Part shown: positions 48,317-58,815 of the stretch, in pieces
How positions within the stretch are numbered: the stretch's first letter is position 1
How the letters are laid out: every line of letters begins with the position of its first letter
Assembly (NCBI GenBank): GCA_001600815.1
Contig: BCKZ01000002.1
Location: 1-64,000, forward strand
DNA length: 64,000 nt
Reading direction: 5' to 3'
Source of the DNA: Alloascoidea hylecoeti
Lineage: Eukaryota
The notes under the pieces: generated by a model
What the model was told of the DNA's origin: nothing
The model's database searches: none
Seen by the model: the letters and a program-made list of their open reading frames with translations, nothing else
Translations under genes and position numbers: made by a program

Positions 48317-49087
48317 TTAGATTTTTTGCTTTCGGTAAACGGGTAATGGGATTGGATTTCCAACAATGTAAGAGTTTTCATCATCAGCCAGACCACAATA
48401 AGCATTATAAAACCCAATAAATGAAGTGATAATCCCCACAATCCCACCAGCTTTTGTACAACCAACAGAGTCCAAGAATTCACCAAGCATAAGTAGTAAA
48501 AATGTTACGTCGAGAAAAACAAACAAGGAAAAAAAGGCGAGGTTTGATTTCATTGTACACAAAACCAATAAGGACGTAAATATGAACCACCCAGTAAGGT
48601 AAAAACCAACAGCCGACTGCAAATCACTAGTTTCAGAATAGGCGGTCGCTATACCAAAAGCATCTATTTGAATTGCTGCATAAGATAACCAAAACCCTCC
48701 ATACGAACTTAAGGCACAACCGCCAAATGTGCTCCCCGAGGCTAGTTCCCACATCCCTGCCAATAACTGAACTAATCCTCCATAGAACAATGCTAGTCCT
48801 ACAACAATATTTGGTTCACTTATGCCCCTTGTCTGGGCATTACACAAGGATAAAACAAACGTCGTCAGTGAAAAGGCTGATAGGCCTAAAGGAGAAGCAT
48901 TTCCGAATTTCCGATGAGGGCTGGTATTAAGATTCCCGCCAAAAGCTCTTAAAAACTCTTCTTTATCAATTATTGTGTTTCCAATATGAATAACATCGTG
49001 TGGTGAAAGAATATGATTAGTGGTTTCACCATAGTGACCTTTTTCAAGATCTGTGGTATATTTGGTAGCTGTAGAACATTCAACCAT
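48317..49087 (-). CDS. ADY2: GPR1/FUN34/YaaH (Ato/Ady2) acetate transporter
   Basis: AFGGNLN, NASPLGLSAF, FYGGLVQLLAGMWE and SYGGFW motifs; six transmembrane segments; ATG at 49087. Confidence 0.9.
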   Translation of the reverse strand: MVECSTATKYTTDLEKGHYGETTNHILSPHDVIHIGNTIIDKEEFLRAFGGNLNTSPHRKFGNASPLGLSAFSLTTFVLSLCNAQTRGISEPNIVVGLALFYGGLVQLLAGMWELASGSTFGGCALSSYGGFWLSYAAIQIDAFGIATAYSETSDLQSAVGFYLTGWFIFTSLLVLCTMKSNLAFFSLFVFLDVTFLLLMLGEFLDSVGCTKAGGIVGIITSFIGFYNAYCGLADDENSYIVGNPIPLPVYRKQKI

Positions 49088-50187
49088 CACTTAGAAATAA
49101 GTTCAATTTAGATAACCTCAGTTGTTGAATGAAAAGTTGAGAAGTATTCCTTCTGCTTTTAGTAATCGAAAGATATGAACAATGAAATAAGAAAACAAAT
49201 AAATATCTGATGAGAAGCTTCAATGAAATAAAAAATTTAAATTGCGATTTTTAAGCAAATTGAGGTTCTTATATACTCACGCTAAAATGATTGAAAAATG
49301 AACTTGAAACTTTCTAGCGAAATGTATGATTAAACTTATAGTCATGTTGAATCCATATTTGGCCTATAAATAATCAGCTAAAATTATAAGCTTTGTATTA
49401 TTCTATATATATATATTTATTTATAACTAGTATATATAATGCTCATGATCAGATACAATATTGCAATATACATTACGATTAAGTCCATTGATTTCGGCGT
49501 TCCATTCATATAGGCCCATACATATATAAATTTATATATATATAATTATAATTGCAAGCTTGAATTTACGATCGTAGAGAACGGCCGGAATATTAAATAC
49601 AGTAAAATTATTAAAACCTTATTTTCATATTCCAAGTATCACTAGTTAACGTTGTACATTTATATATATATTAATATTATTCATTGCTCTATTATTTATA
49701 TATATGCCTAAATTTAACTATATCCTAATATTAATGCTGCAGCGTTATATGTTATCGCATATATAAAAGTTTTTGCGGTTTTTCGAATTTCCGGTTGCTC
49801 TTTACTTAAATGAAATTTAAACACTAACCTCAATATATATGTATCCTTTGCTCATTTCATCCAAAAGTTAATAGAACAAAAATTATAATTATAGCCAAAC
49901 CACACTTAACTTATATAATAGCAAGAAACCTCCATCGGTATTAAAGCTCAAATATATTCAAATATTATGCTATAATATTGCAATATTTATAATTATAAAT
50001 GTACGTAGGGCGAAAATATAGGCATCATAAGAAAGAGATCAAAACTTGAAATTTATAATCAGTCTTCATTCATTACAACGCTCTCAGTAATACGACAAGC
50101 AGAGCCTCGACTTATGTTTGACTCGTAGTTTCAATGATCAACTTTTATCCACTGCTATATTGCATATGCATTTTCATATACCTCGTA

Positions 50188-50589
50188 CTGGTGGGTATCA
50201 TATTATCGCGTTTTTATATATCTACCTATAAATATATATTTAAAATTTAATTATCATTCACTTGAAATTGTATTAAAACTCCTAATATATGTATTTACCT
50301 ATACTTAGTTGAAGTTTCATCTTATATATATTTGCATTCCTAACCTCAAATACAGTTAATAGTTAGCTATACTTATAATTATAATTATATCTTGTAATAA
50401 ATTATAGAATAAATCTTATTAGTATTGTTATAAAACACTTCTAGAAATCCTACTTAATATTTAATTTATAAAATCTTATTATACAAATAGGGTGGAAGTA
50501 GGTGAACTTTACCATATACAATTTATTTATGATTAAAAGGCCAATTCTCAAGAAAATATTACTAATTAAAATACTCTAGATCCCACCAG
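50188..50589. mobile_element. Candidate TA-flanked MITE (402 bp, very AT-rich interior)
   Basis: TA|CTGGTGGGTATC ... GATCCCACCAG|TA; short TIR. Confidence 0.45.
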
Positions 50590-50699
50590 TATGCGGTGAG
50601 TGAGTCAACCAAAAGTGTTTGACTTAGTTGATCCCTTAACCGGCAATACTTTTGAAAGATGTATCTTGACCTTCTAGACACCACTCATTATAGCTAACT

Positions 50700-52360
50700 C
50701 AGAATGCTTGTTTCCTGGATCAATTTCAAGCTTGTGCTACACGGGTTTCAATCTGATCTAAGTCTGGAGAGCTAGCAGATCAACACACCTGGTCCATTGG
50801 ATTCTCATCCTACTGATTTATGGACTGTAGAAGTATCCCCAATATCATTTTCAAAGGCTTGAGTAAAAGGTGTTGCGACCTGTTATAATATCGCTTTGAT
50901 GCAGCTCTGAATTAGTCTTTCTCTCAAACTTCTCCATAACGACAAATATCGTGTGTTTTTCGGACGTTTTTGTAATTATCTTATTAGACCCCTGCCATCT
51001 TCTGATGGCTTTGACTTTCCAGTTGGTTTTGTACTCTACACTGCCAGTGGCTTTATTAAAAAACGGTTCCAGCGTGGGTATTACTTGCTCCGACCAATAA
51101 ATGAGATACTGCTGTAGTTAGCCAAGTCGTTCAAAATATTTTGAATGGTCGAAATGATTAAGGTTTCGATGCATATGTGTATAAAGTTTACCAAGAGGTT
51201 AACAATTTTTCAATGTTGTATCCTAATATTATTACTGATGTCCCCCTATAATTATAAAATTGTATATTTAAAGTTGGAATATCCACTTAGTTAAAGCTCA
51301 AATATATTAATATAGTCATATACATATATATATGGTGCGCTCTACTGAAGATGAACAACTTTTTTCTTGTGTGAAATTTTGATCGCCAGGAATATCTCCA
51401 AAAATAAATCGCTTTTTATATACAGTCACTGAATACTCTATAAGCTTTAAACAGTTCTTAAAATATTACATAATGTTCTGTAAATAGTAGAGATTATATT
51501 AGTAGATATAAATTGAAATTGTAAGTTTAATACTTCGTGTTGTAATAGAGACAATCAGATTATCAACAATACGCTGGACACCTCTATCTCCTTTCCACAA
51601 AACAAATTCATCTTGATATTAGCCCTATGGATAGTTATGATTTTCTTCTTGAATATGAGACACTCGAAAATCTCATCAAAAGCCTCTTCCAGAAGCTGTA
51701 TATAGGAATGTGTGGTAAATGGAGTTAAGGGTGGAAATAGCAAATACTAAAATTTCAATGTCGTTTATGGCTCCGTTTTTTCTGCAATTAGGATCCCCAA
51801 CTACTCTATATAGTAAATTACGGCTTCCTTTCCACATTTAAACATATGCCGTGAGACTCACAGAGTCAGAATTCCCTATAATATGAATAGTTTTTGATTC
51901 AAAGGCTTGGCGTGGCTGTTGTGAACCAGATACTTTTCCAGATCCGGATTCTGTCTAAATATTCATTACCAAAGGCAACACCATCCCAAATGTCATGAGG
52001 CACCTCAATATATATGCAGATAATGTCATTCTATTAATTAAGTTATTCTCGTTTAGATAAGACTATTCATATTCCAAAACTATTCTATATTCTTGTTTTT
52101 ACATTAGGGTTCTTAGGTGGTCTTCTATATTCCAATGCTGAACTTTAATGCCTGTTCCTCATACGTATCCAGGGGGAAATATTTTATAACTCTCAGAATG
52201 TGATTATTTAATATATCAGTTAGTTATGTAGGCTTTCTAATCCCAGGAAATATTATTATCTAGAAGAGTTGTTGGAGTATTTATTTTCGATGAACCAAAC
52301 AGTTGAAATACTAAGCCTTCTGCTTATTTCAGCAAGTAAAAATTCATTTTTACTCATATT
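50700..52360 (-). mobile_element. Heavily decayed Tc1-family transposase
   Basis: Collinear minus-strand fragments: AEISRRLSISTVWFIENKY (HTH-like, about 52330), WDGVAFGNE (W..V.FSDE-like, about 51985) and *SASSPDLDQIE (WP..SPDLNPIE-like, about 50765). May be one interrupted element or two. Confidence 0.6.
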
Positions 52361-53101
52361 CTAAATTTGAATTTCCTTAGTTAGTTAAAAAATCTTCTCA
52401 AATTTATAATTATGTGAAATCTACCTTAGCAAATTCTATGTATATTTGAAAAAGAAGGTTGTTTTATTAGAGGTGTCAGAAAAGGTTATGCTTTTTTATT
52501 TACGCGATAGTACATGCCACTGTAATTACCCTATGAGGAAATATATCAGTTTGAAAATCCATACACTCACTTAGATAAGTTAAGAAATAGCTCTAGGGAC
52601 AATAATTTAGACAAAGTGCAATAATTAATTTAAATGACAAGATTTAGATTTGCCATTTATCTACTCTTTCGTCCTTAATATATAAGTGAAGTGATTTTGG
52701 CGTTGTGGTCACTGCGGGAGCGTTTTTTAAAATTTGATATGCATATGCATATTCCTAAAAAAAAAAACAATTGTAAGTGTATAATTATAATTTTCGATTT
52801 TAAGTTTTGGACAAATTGAGCGATGGATACACGACGAGGAACCGAAATTCTCCAAGAAGTACCACAAATCAGAGATTATAAAATATGACATCTTTCTGTA
52901 GCAGCACACTTCTGCGGCACTCTCTCAATAGAAATTGGGATCCGGACGTTCGTTACGATATGAACGATGATCTAGCACGGTTGGCAGAGGACGATGTCTT
53001 TGTATCTCCTTTATTCTGAGAGATTGCCCAGCTCATATCAGATCAAAATGTTCCAACCAGGACCTCGCAAGGAGTATGATTATGTGATTTCAGATAAACA
53101 G

Positions 53102-53149
53102 TCCAGAACTATCGATATCATTGCTATTATTAACTAAGAAATAAATATG
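53102..53149 (+). repeat. Left arm of a perfect 48-bp inverted repeat
   Basis: TCCAGAACTATCGATATCATTGCTATTATTAACTAAGAAATAAATATG is the exact reverse complement of 55955-56002. Confidence 0.97.
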
Positions 53150-53529
53150 TACCTAAGGAATAACTTATTGAGTATTAAATACACAAAGTGATACAATACT
53201 AACTTACACAGATAATATATTAAATATAAATTATTGTGTGTGACATCAACTCTGGTTAATCACAACAATGGACAGCCGGTTGCAATACTGAGTTCGGTAT
53301 GCGAAAAATACAGTATGGGCACATTGAAATCTGCCCTGCTAAAATACCCATTTTAGCAGCATCCATTCTGACACATTCATGGTAGTGTTTTACAGGAATT
53401 ATTTTGGCATACGAGATAAATTATGAATTAGAATAAATGTAGTATAAAATTGTATTAATCGACTATTCTCAATTTCATTATCACCCTCTATCTCATGGGT
53501 ACAGTCGTAACGTGGTGTATTTAACATCG

Positions 53530-55866
53530 TCATCCCCCATTCTCATTCTGATCATTATTCAAATGATTATAATCATCAGGGTATTTTCTAATCATATCAA
53601 CGGACATTTCAAAATAACCTTTTACAGGATTAAATTTTTTAAAATAAATTCCAATATTATTAAATTTTGATGATTTTCCTAACAAATTTAAAGTTTCTGG
53701 ACTTTTTAAATTATTCAAATTAATTTAAATTTGATTCTGAAGCATAAATAAATTTATTTTCATATATTAATTCATAATAAATTTCAGGTTTGGATATGTT
53801 TAGATTAATATAGCTGGCACTATAAGTATGATCGAAGAGTCTTCGAGCAAGTTGATCATGAGATCCTAGTGTTCGAATACTCCATAATAATACAATACCA
53901 GTATTTCTACCATGTTTTAAAACTTGTCCGACATAATATTTTGGTTTTATATCGATGGGTAATTGTGATAAATAATCTCTTTTTCTTTTATTGATATAAT
54001 TTAATGTTTTAAAAAATAAATGTGTTTTTGGATATATTGAATTTAAAGGAGCATGTATTAAACGTTTTAAAACTTTTCTGATATAATATTTTGGTTTTAT
54101 ATCGATGGATAATTGTGATAAAGAATATCTTCTTTTTTCATGAATATGACTTAATGTTTTAAAAAATAAATGTTTTCTTGGATATATTGAATTTAAAGGA
54201 GCATTTATTAAACGTTCCAAAACTTTTGAAGATTCAGGAAATGCTTCACATAGATGGTCTGTTAACATGAGTAATTCTGCTGTATAATTTGAAACATTTA
54301 AGGGTAAGAAAGAACCTTCATTATAATCAACCCCATTAAACCGTCGAGCATAATCATAATCAAAAAAAATTTCAAAAGTAAAATTCATATTAACATTATG
54401 ATTAATAATATCATCATCATTATTATTGTTAACACTAATATCTCTATTATATTTATGAATTACTAATTTTGTCATTAATAATTCAAGCATAACATTATTT
54501 CTATGTTGTATTCTAGACACTAATAATACGATTATCTTCTACTAAGATTTCAAAATCCATTTGGTGTAATAAAATCTTCATGAATTGAAAAATTGATATT
54601 AATTCGATATATTTTCTTTTAAATGATATTGCTAATTCATGTAATCTTCTTTTTAATTGATGTATTGTATATGATTTAAAACCAAATCCACCAAACTCAC
54701 AATAAACATAATTATCGTCAATTGAATCATCATGTTCATCCTCAATGTTTAGATCATTGTTATTATTGAAAATTAAATTAATTCCTTGTGTTGGATTCTT
54801 TAAGCATGATGCTTGTGTTGAATTTCTTTTTATTACTGGAACCAATGTTAAAGCCAGTTGTCGATACTAATTATATTCCTAGATCAGTTATTATTTTTTA
54901 AAAAAAGATTGTAATACATATACTTACAAGTAATAATTCATAATGTCTTTGATCAAAGCAACTGAATGCAAAAACAGCATCTTCAACATCTAAATCATTA
55001 TTTGTTTTATGATTAATAGAATGTGAAGATGGTTTCTCCTTATATTTTGGAGTTGTTAACAGTCCATTAAATATTTCAATAGCATAATTATGACGTATCA
55101 TTCTTAATAATTTTTCTGAATATGATATTTTTGATAAATTGGTTAATCTGTAAAAATCATCATCCTTTGTGTCAATTAGATTTTTATCATTAATCTGATA
55201 AAATTTATAACTGATTCTTGATGTTTCGGTTGAATCTAAATCTCGAACTAAATAATGGTTACTATCAATAGATGATAGATCAATAGATGATGTATCAATA
55301 TTTTTAAATGAAGGAGATGATGATAATATTGCTTGTAAGAAATGATGATTAGTTTTATAATTACAAATATCCATTAATTTTGGAATTAAGTTTTTATTAT
55401 ATTTTGAATATAATCGTTGTAATGTTTAATATCTTGTTGTTGAATGAATAATAACGTTGTTTAATCTATCCACCAGTTTTGAATCTATTAAAGATCGGGA
55501 TTTATATTCTTCTCTAAAATTTCTTATGTGTGATGAAGAATTTCGAATAAAGTTGATAGTATTTGGATCGATAAAATTATCCCATCTAAAGAAGAGTTAT
55601 AACTTTTCGTTAGAATTAAGAAATACAATTTTAACAAAATATAAATTTAAAAGATATATATACTTTTGTAAATATAGTGGTTTCCATAGTTTATTATCAT
55701 AGGCTACCTCGTGGAACGAGTGTGAAACCAGTGATAATTTAGTTAATGTTTTGAGGTCATTAACTTGCGATAATATATTAAGTAATATTTCGTCGGGTAG
55801 GAGCTCTCATCATGTTTGTGAAATATATTTCATTAGGATGGGAATGCAGGATTAATTACCATCCAT
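53530..55866 (-). pseudogene. Disabled F-box protein gene with C-terminal YccV/HspQ-like domain (Mfb1/FBXO21-like)
   Basis: F-box LLPDEILLNILSQV..LSLVSHSF....DNKLWK (about 55800-55670); introns 55586-55663 and 54879-54927; YccV-like KYYVGQVLKH..GIVLLW..YY..YASESNL..IGIYFKKF..YPDD. In-frame TAA at 55426-55428, TAG at 54867-54869, frameshifts near 54515 and 53719. The start at 55866 assumes a weak extra intron (55806-55859). Confidence 0.8.
53913..54227. repeat. 150-bp (50-codon) tandem duplication inside the F-box pseudogene
   Basis: TTGGTTTTATATCGATGG.TAATTGTGATA occurs at 53941 and 54091; protein repeat KVL.RLI.APLNSIYP..HLFFKTL...IDIKPKYY twice. Confidence 0.93.
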
Positions 55867-55954
55867 ATATACCTAAAAAAAATAAAACTGACCTATTTGG
55901 AACACGCATAAAAAAAGCAATTAAAAGCAAATTTTAAAGGATAAATTATAGAAG

Positions 55955-56002
55955 CATATTTATTTCTTAGTTAATAATAGCAATGATATCGATAGTTCTG
56001 GA
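55955..56002 (-). repeat. Right arm of the perfect 48-bp inverted repeat
   Basis: Exact reverse complement of 53102-53149. Confidence 0.97.
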
Positions 56003-56093
56003 GCAAGAAAGCTCCTTTCATTCAATTGAACATTATCAATACTTAACTGGAAAGAATATTTATCCTGTTAAACTCAGAGGTTTTGAGACAGAA

Positions 56094-56335
56094 ATTGATA
56101 CAGTGGATGCTAAACCTATAGCTCTACAACCGTACCTCCCACTCCTCTAATTCGTGAGAAGGTAGCCAAAGTAATTGATCCAACTGCTAGATGGGCTGCG
56201 CCAACATTTGCTGTCCCAAAAAAGGATAGTGATGATGTGAGAGTGGTCGATGTTTGCCGCCGTTTGAATAAATGTACTACTCCAGTAACGTTTGGATTTC
56301 CTTCAATTGATTCTATTTATGAGGAGCTTGCAAAC
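56094..56335 (+). mobile_element. Ty3/gypsy reverse transcriptase N-terminal fragment
   Basis: IDTVDAKPIALQPY /frameshift/ ...RWAAPTFAVPKKDSDDVRVVDVCRRLNKCTTPVTFGFPSIDSIYEELA. Confidence 0.85.
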
Positions 56336-56339
56336 GTAT

Positions 56340-57898
56340 AACCAGATAAAAGATCGAATGTATTTATTCTTGTTGGAAGTTTCTAATAGAGGTCCAGTAA
56401 AATCAATTGAGATAATATCGGAGACATTCTCTTTAATTTCATCTTCATCAACAAATTGGATTTCACGTTGAAAATTAAAGTTGACTTTTCGTTGTTTTTG
56501 TTTTACCTCGTCCCTAGCCACCTTCTGCTACTTCTAGTATCTGAGGCATGTACGCCTTTCAAGATTATCCATTCCAAAAAACTTACAGGGACTGTGAGTA
56601 CTCTTTCCATTTTTTTCCATTGGTGCCGTTATAAACTTCCTTTTTCTGGTAGTCGTGATTGTTATCGTGAGGCTTTGATTTGTAATTGCTATTACTGTTA
56701 TTGATAAAAATTAAAATCTAAATCGTTTTTCAATTCTTTGGAAGTTTAAAATTCTGAATTATACTTGTATTTAAAATTTTCTTGTAACAAGCGATTGTAT
56801 ATTTCGTGAAGCGTTACGGAAGGTTGTTGGATCCCATAGTTAACACCATGAACTCTTTTTGTGCCGGTTTCCAACCTAGACAACAAAAGCATCCTTATGG
56901 AATGATTGGGTAATAATTCCGCCGGAAGTGATCTTTGCAAAATTCTAAAACGAGTAATGAGTTCTTGGATTGTATCAAACTTCTCAGGATTCAGTGTAAC
57001 AAGATTTAAAAACAATGAAGCGTATGCAAACAGCAAATTATTATTTCCCAATAAAAAGGGGAAAGCATCAACAAAACTTGGTTTACCTATCGTTTCCACC
57101 ATTAACGTTCGCCACATGCTTTTCATTTCAGAAGGAATATACGCAATGCAAAAGATCATTTGGAATAGGTCAAACCAGAGGCCTTGAAATAGTTTTCTAT
57201 TTCCATTAATTTAGAAATTCTATCAGTGCCCTCCATTTTAAAACTTTAGGTGGGATCGAACTTGGGTGGAATTAGCACAGTATCGTACCCGTTTAATTCA
57301 ATTGGATGTTGAATTATTCCCGGCCATAAGGCGACGAGTTCTCATGACTTTTGACGCTGCCCACTGAGGTAGGATTATCTTATCTAGGTCCGAATTGCCA
57401 TTCCTGGAAAATAGACCAGGTGAGTCTCTGGTTTTAGGGGCCCTCGTTGAAATCTGATTTTGGATTTTACTTCAAAACCCTTACGAACTTTATTTATGTT
57501 ATCCCTTTTTGATTTGGGTGCGTGCTTGGGACCAGATTCCTCAACATTTGATTCCTCATAATCGGGTTCATCATCTCTTTCAATCAGATCTGTCGTTGCT
57601 GTATCTGGAGGAATATTTGGGCTTTCCTGTAACTTGATGTCACCAGTTAGTTTTGTATTCTTGGGTGCTATTGTTAATTTAATGAAACTCTCCCAATCAG
57701 TAATAGTTAAGATGTTATTGTTCTGGTTGTTTTAATATTTCCGGTAAGAATGGAGATCTCGAAGATGTCAGATTCGTTGAAGGAATATAGATAGAATTGG
57801 TGTATAACAGCTTAGAATAATTTATAACGAAATAGAAAACAACAGTAGTTACTCAAACAAATATCCTTTCGGTAAAGTTGTGGTTTAGGACCAGTTAT
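56340..57898 (-). mobile_element. Degenerate LTR-retrotransposon interior: gag-like region, decayed zinc knuckle and integrase core fragment
   Basis: ORF 56746-57159 is gag-like; CKFFGMDNLERRTC (about 56590-56545) is a degenerate CX2CX4HX4C; DIISIDFTGPLLETSNKNKYI (about 56425-56360) is an rve integrase motif. Confidence 0.7.
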
Positions 57899-58079
57899 TG
57901 TTATGAAAACAATGTTGTAATCTTAAAATAATTGTTTGTGAATAAATATTAAATAAAATAAATAGTAATATTTAGTAGTGTAGAAAAGATTTTAAAGATA
58001 TATAGAAGTAGTAGAATGTAATAGAATGCATTAGTATTAAAGCTTATATCACGTGCATATATATAATACTGTAGTAACA
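57899..58079 (-). mobile_element. Putative 5' LTR (181 bp) of the minus-strand retroelement
   Basis: TGTTA...TAACA inverted termini; lies directly upstream of the gag-like region; followed on the minus strand by ATAACTGGTCC. Confidence 0.6.
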
Positions 58080-58114
58080 CGATTCGTAATTTGTACTATT
58101 ATAAATTTAGACTA

Positions 58115-58815
58115 CAGTCAGTGGCCTAGGAATCGGCCATGCTAACCTACCTGGATTTGAGCAAATCTGGCCAAGAAATGCTGTGATTTTTGACTTTAAG
58201 TATGTAAATCGTCTTACTATATAGGCCGGCCAACCTTCCTCCAAGGCCAGATTCCGAGACATTTTGTATGTAGAAAAATAAGAAAAATATTTATTAATGT
58301 TCAGGTGTTCAATATTTTTTGTCTTTTCAATACATATTAGCGAATGGTTTCAAAGATGATGTTCGAAAATATTGAAATTATTTGAAGTTTTCTATGGGTT
58401 TATTAAGAATACGTAGGAAAAGCGAAATTAGCATCCACCAACTTCAAATCAGTTTCAATTGCTTCGTCAATTATGTTTCTAACCATTCTCTTGAGCATAC
58501 ACGTTCTACACTCAAGTTTATTTAAGCTTGTAATTGAATTACATAAATGTTACCGATAAATTGTTTTTGCAATAACATACCATCAACTCAAACGCCTTCA
58601 TATAAGTTATAAGTTATATATATAAAATTGAAGATTTATTTGTAGAAAGCTACCGTAATACTGTTCGTTCTTTATTTAGTTGCAATATACCCCAAAGTAG
58701 TTCAATTACGTAAGCTAATAAACTAAGATTGCATAATATCTTATGTAACCGTGACCACCCTGCGCCGAGGTTTTGAAAGTTTGCCGACCAGGACCGAATC
58801 CTAGGCCACCGCCGG
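58115..58815. mobile_element. Tc1/mariner-type non-autonomous element (701 bp), TA-flanked
   Basis: TA|CAGTCAGTGGCCTAGGAATCGGCCATG versus reverse-complemented right end TA|CCGGCGGTGGCCTAGGATTCGGTCCTG (21/27 identical). Confidence 0.75.

Noticed and set aside
53530..55866. Stop-codon reassignment or readthrough rescuing the F-box gene
   Set aside because: Frameshifts are also present, and TAA and TAG terminate normal genes in this window.
57240..57275. GTTCGATCCC B-box-like motif on the minus strand suggesting a tRNA gene
   Set aside because: No A-box or cloverleaf; it lies within the gag-like relic. I found no convincing tRNA or rRNA gene in the window.
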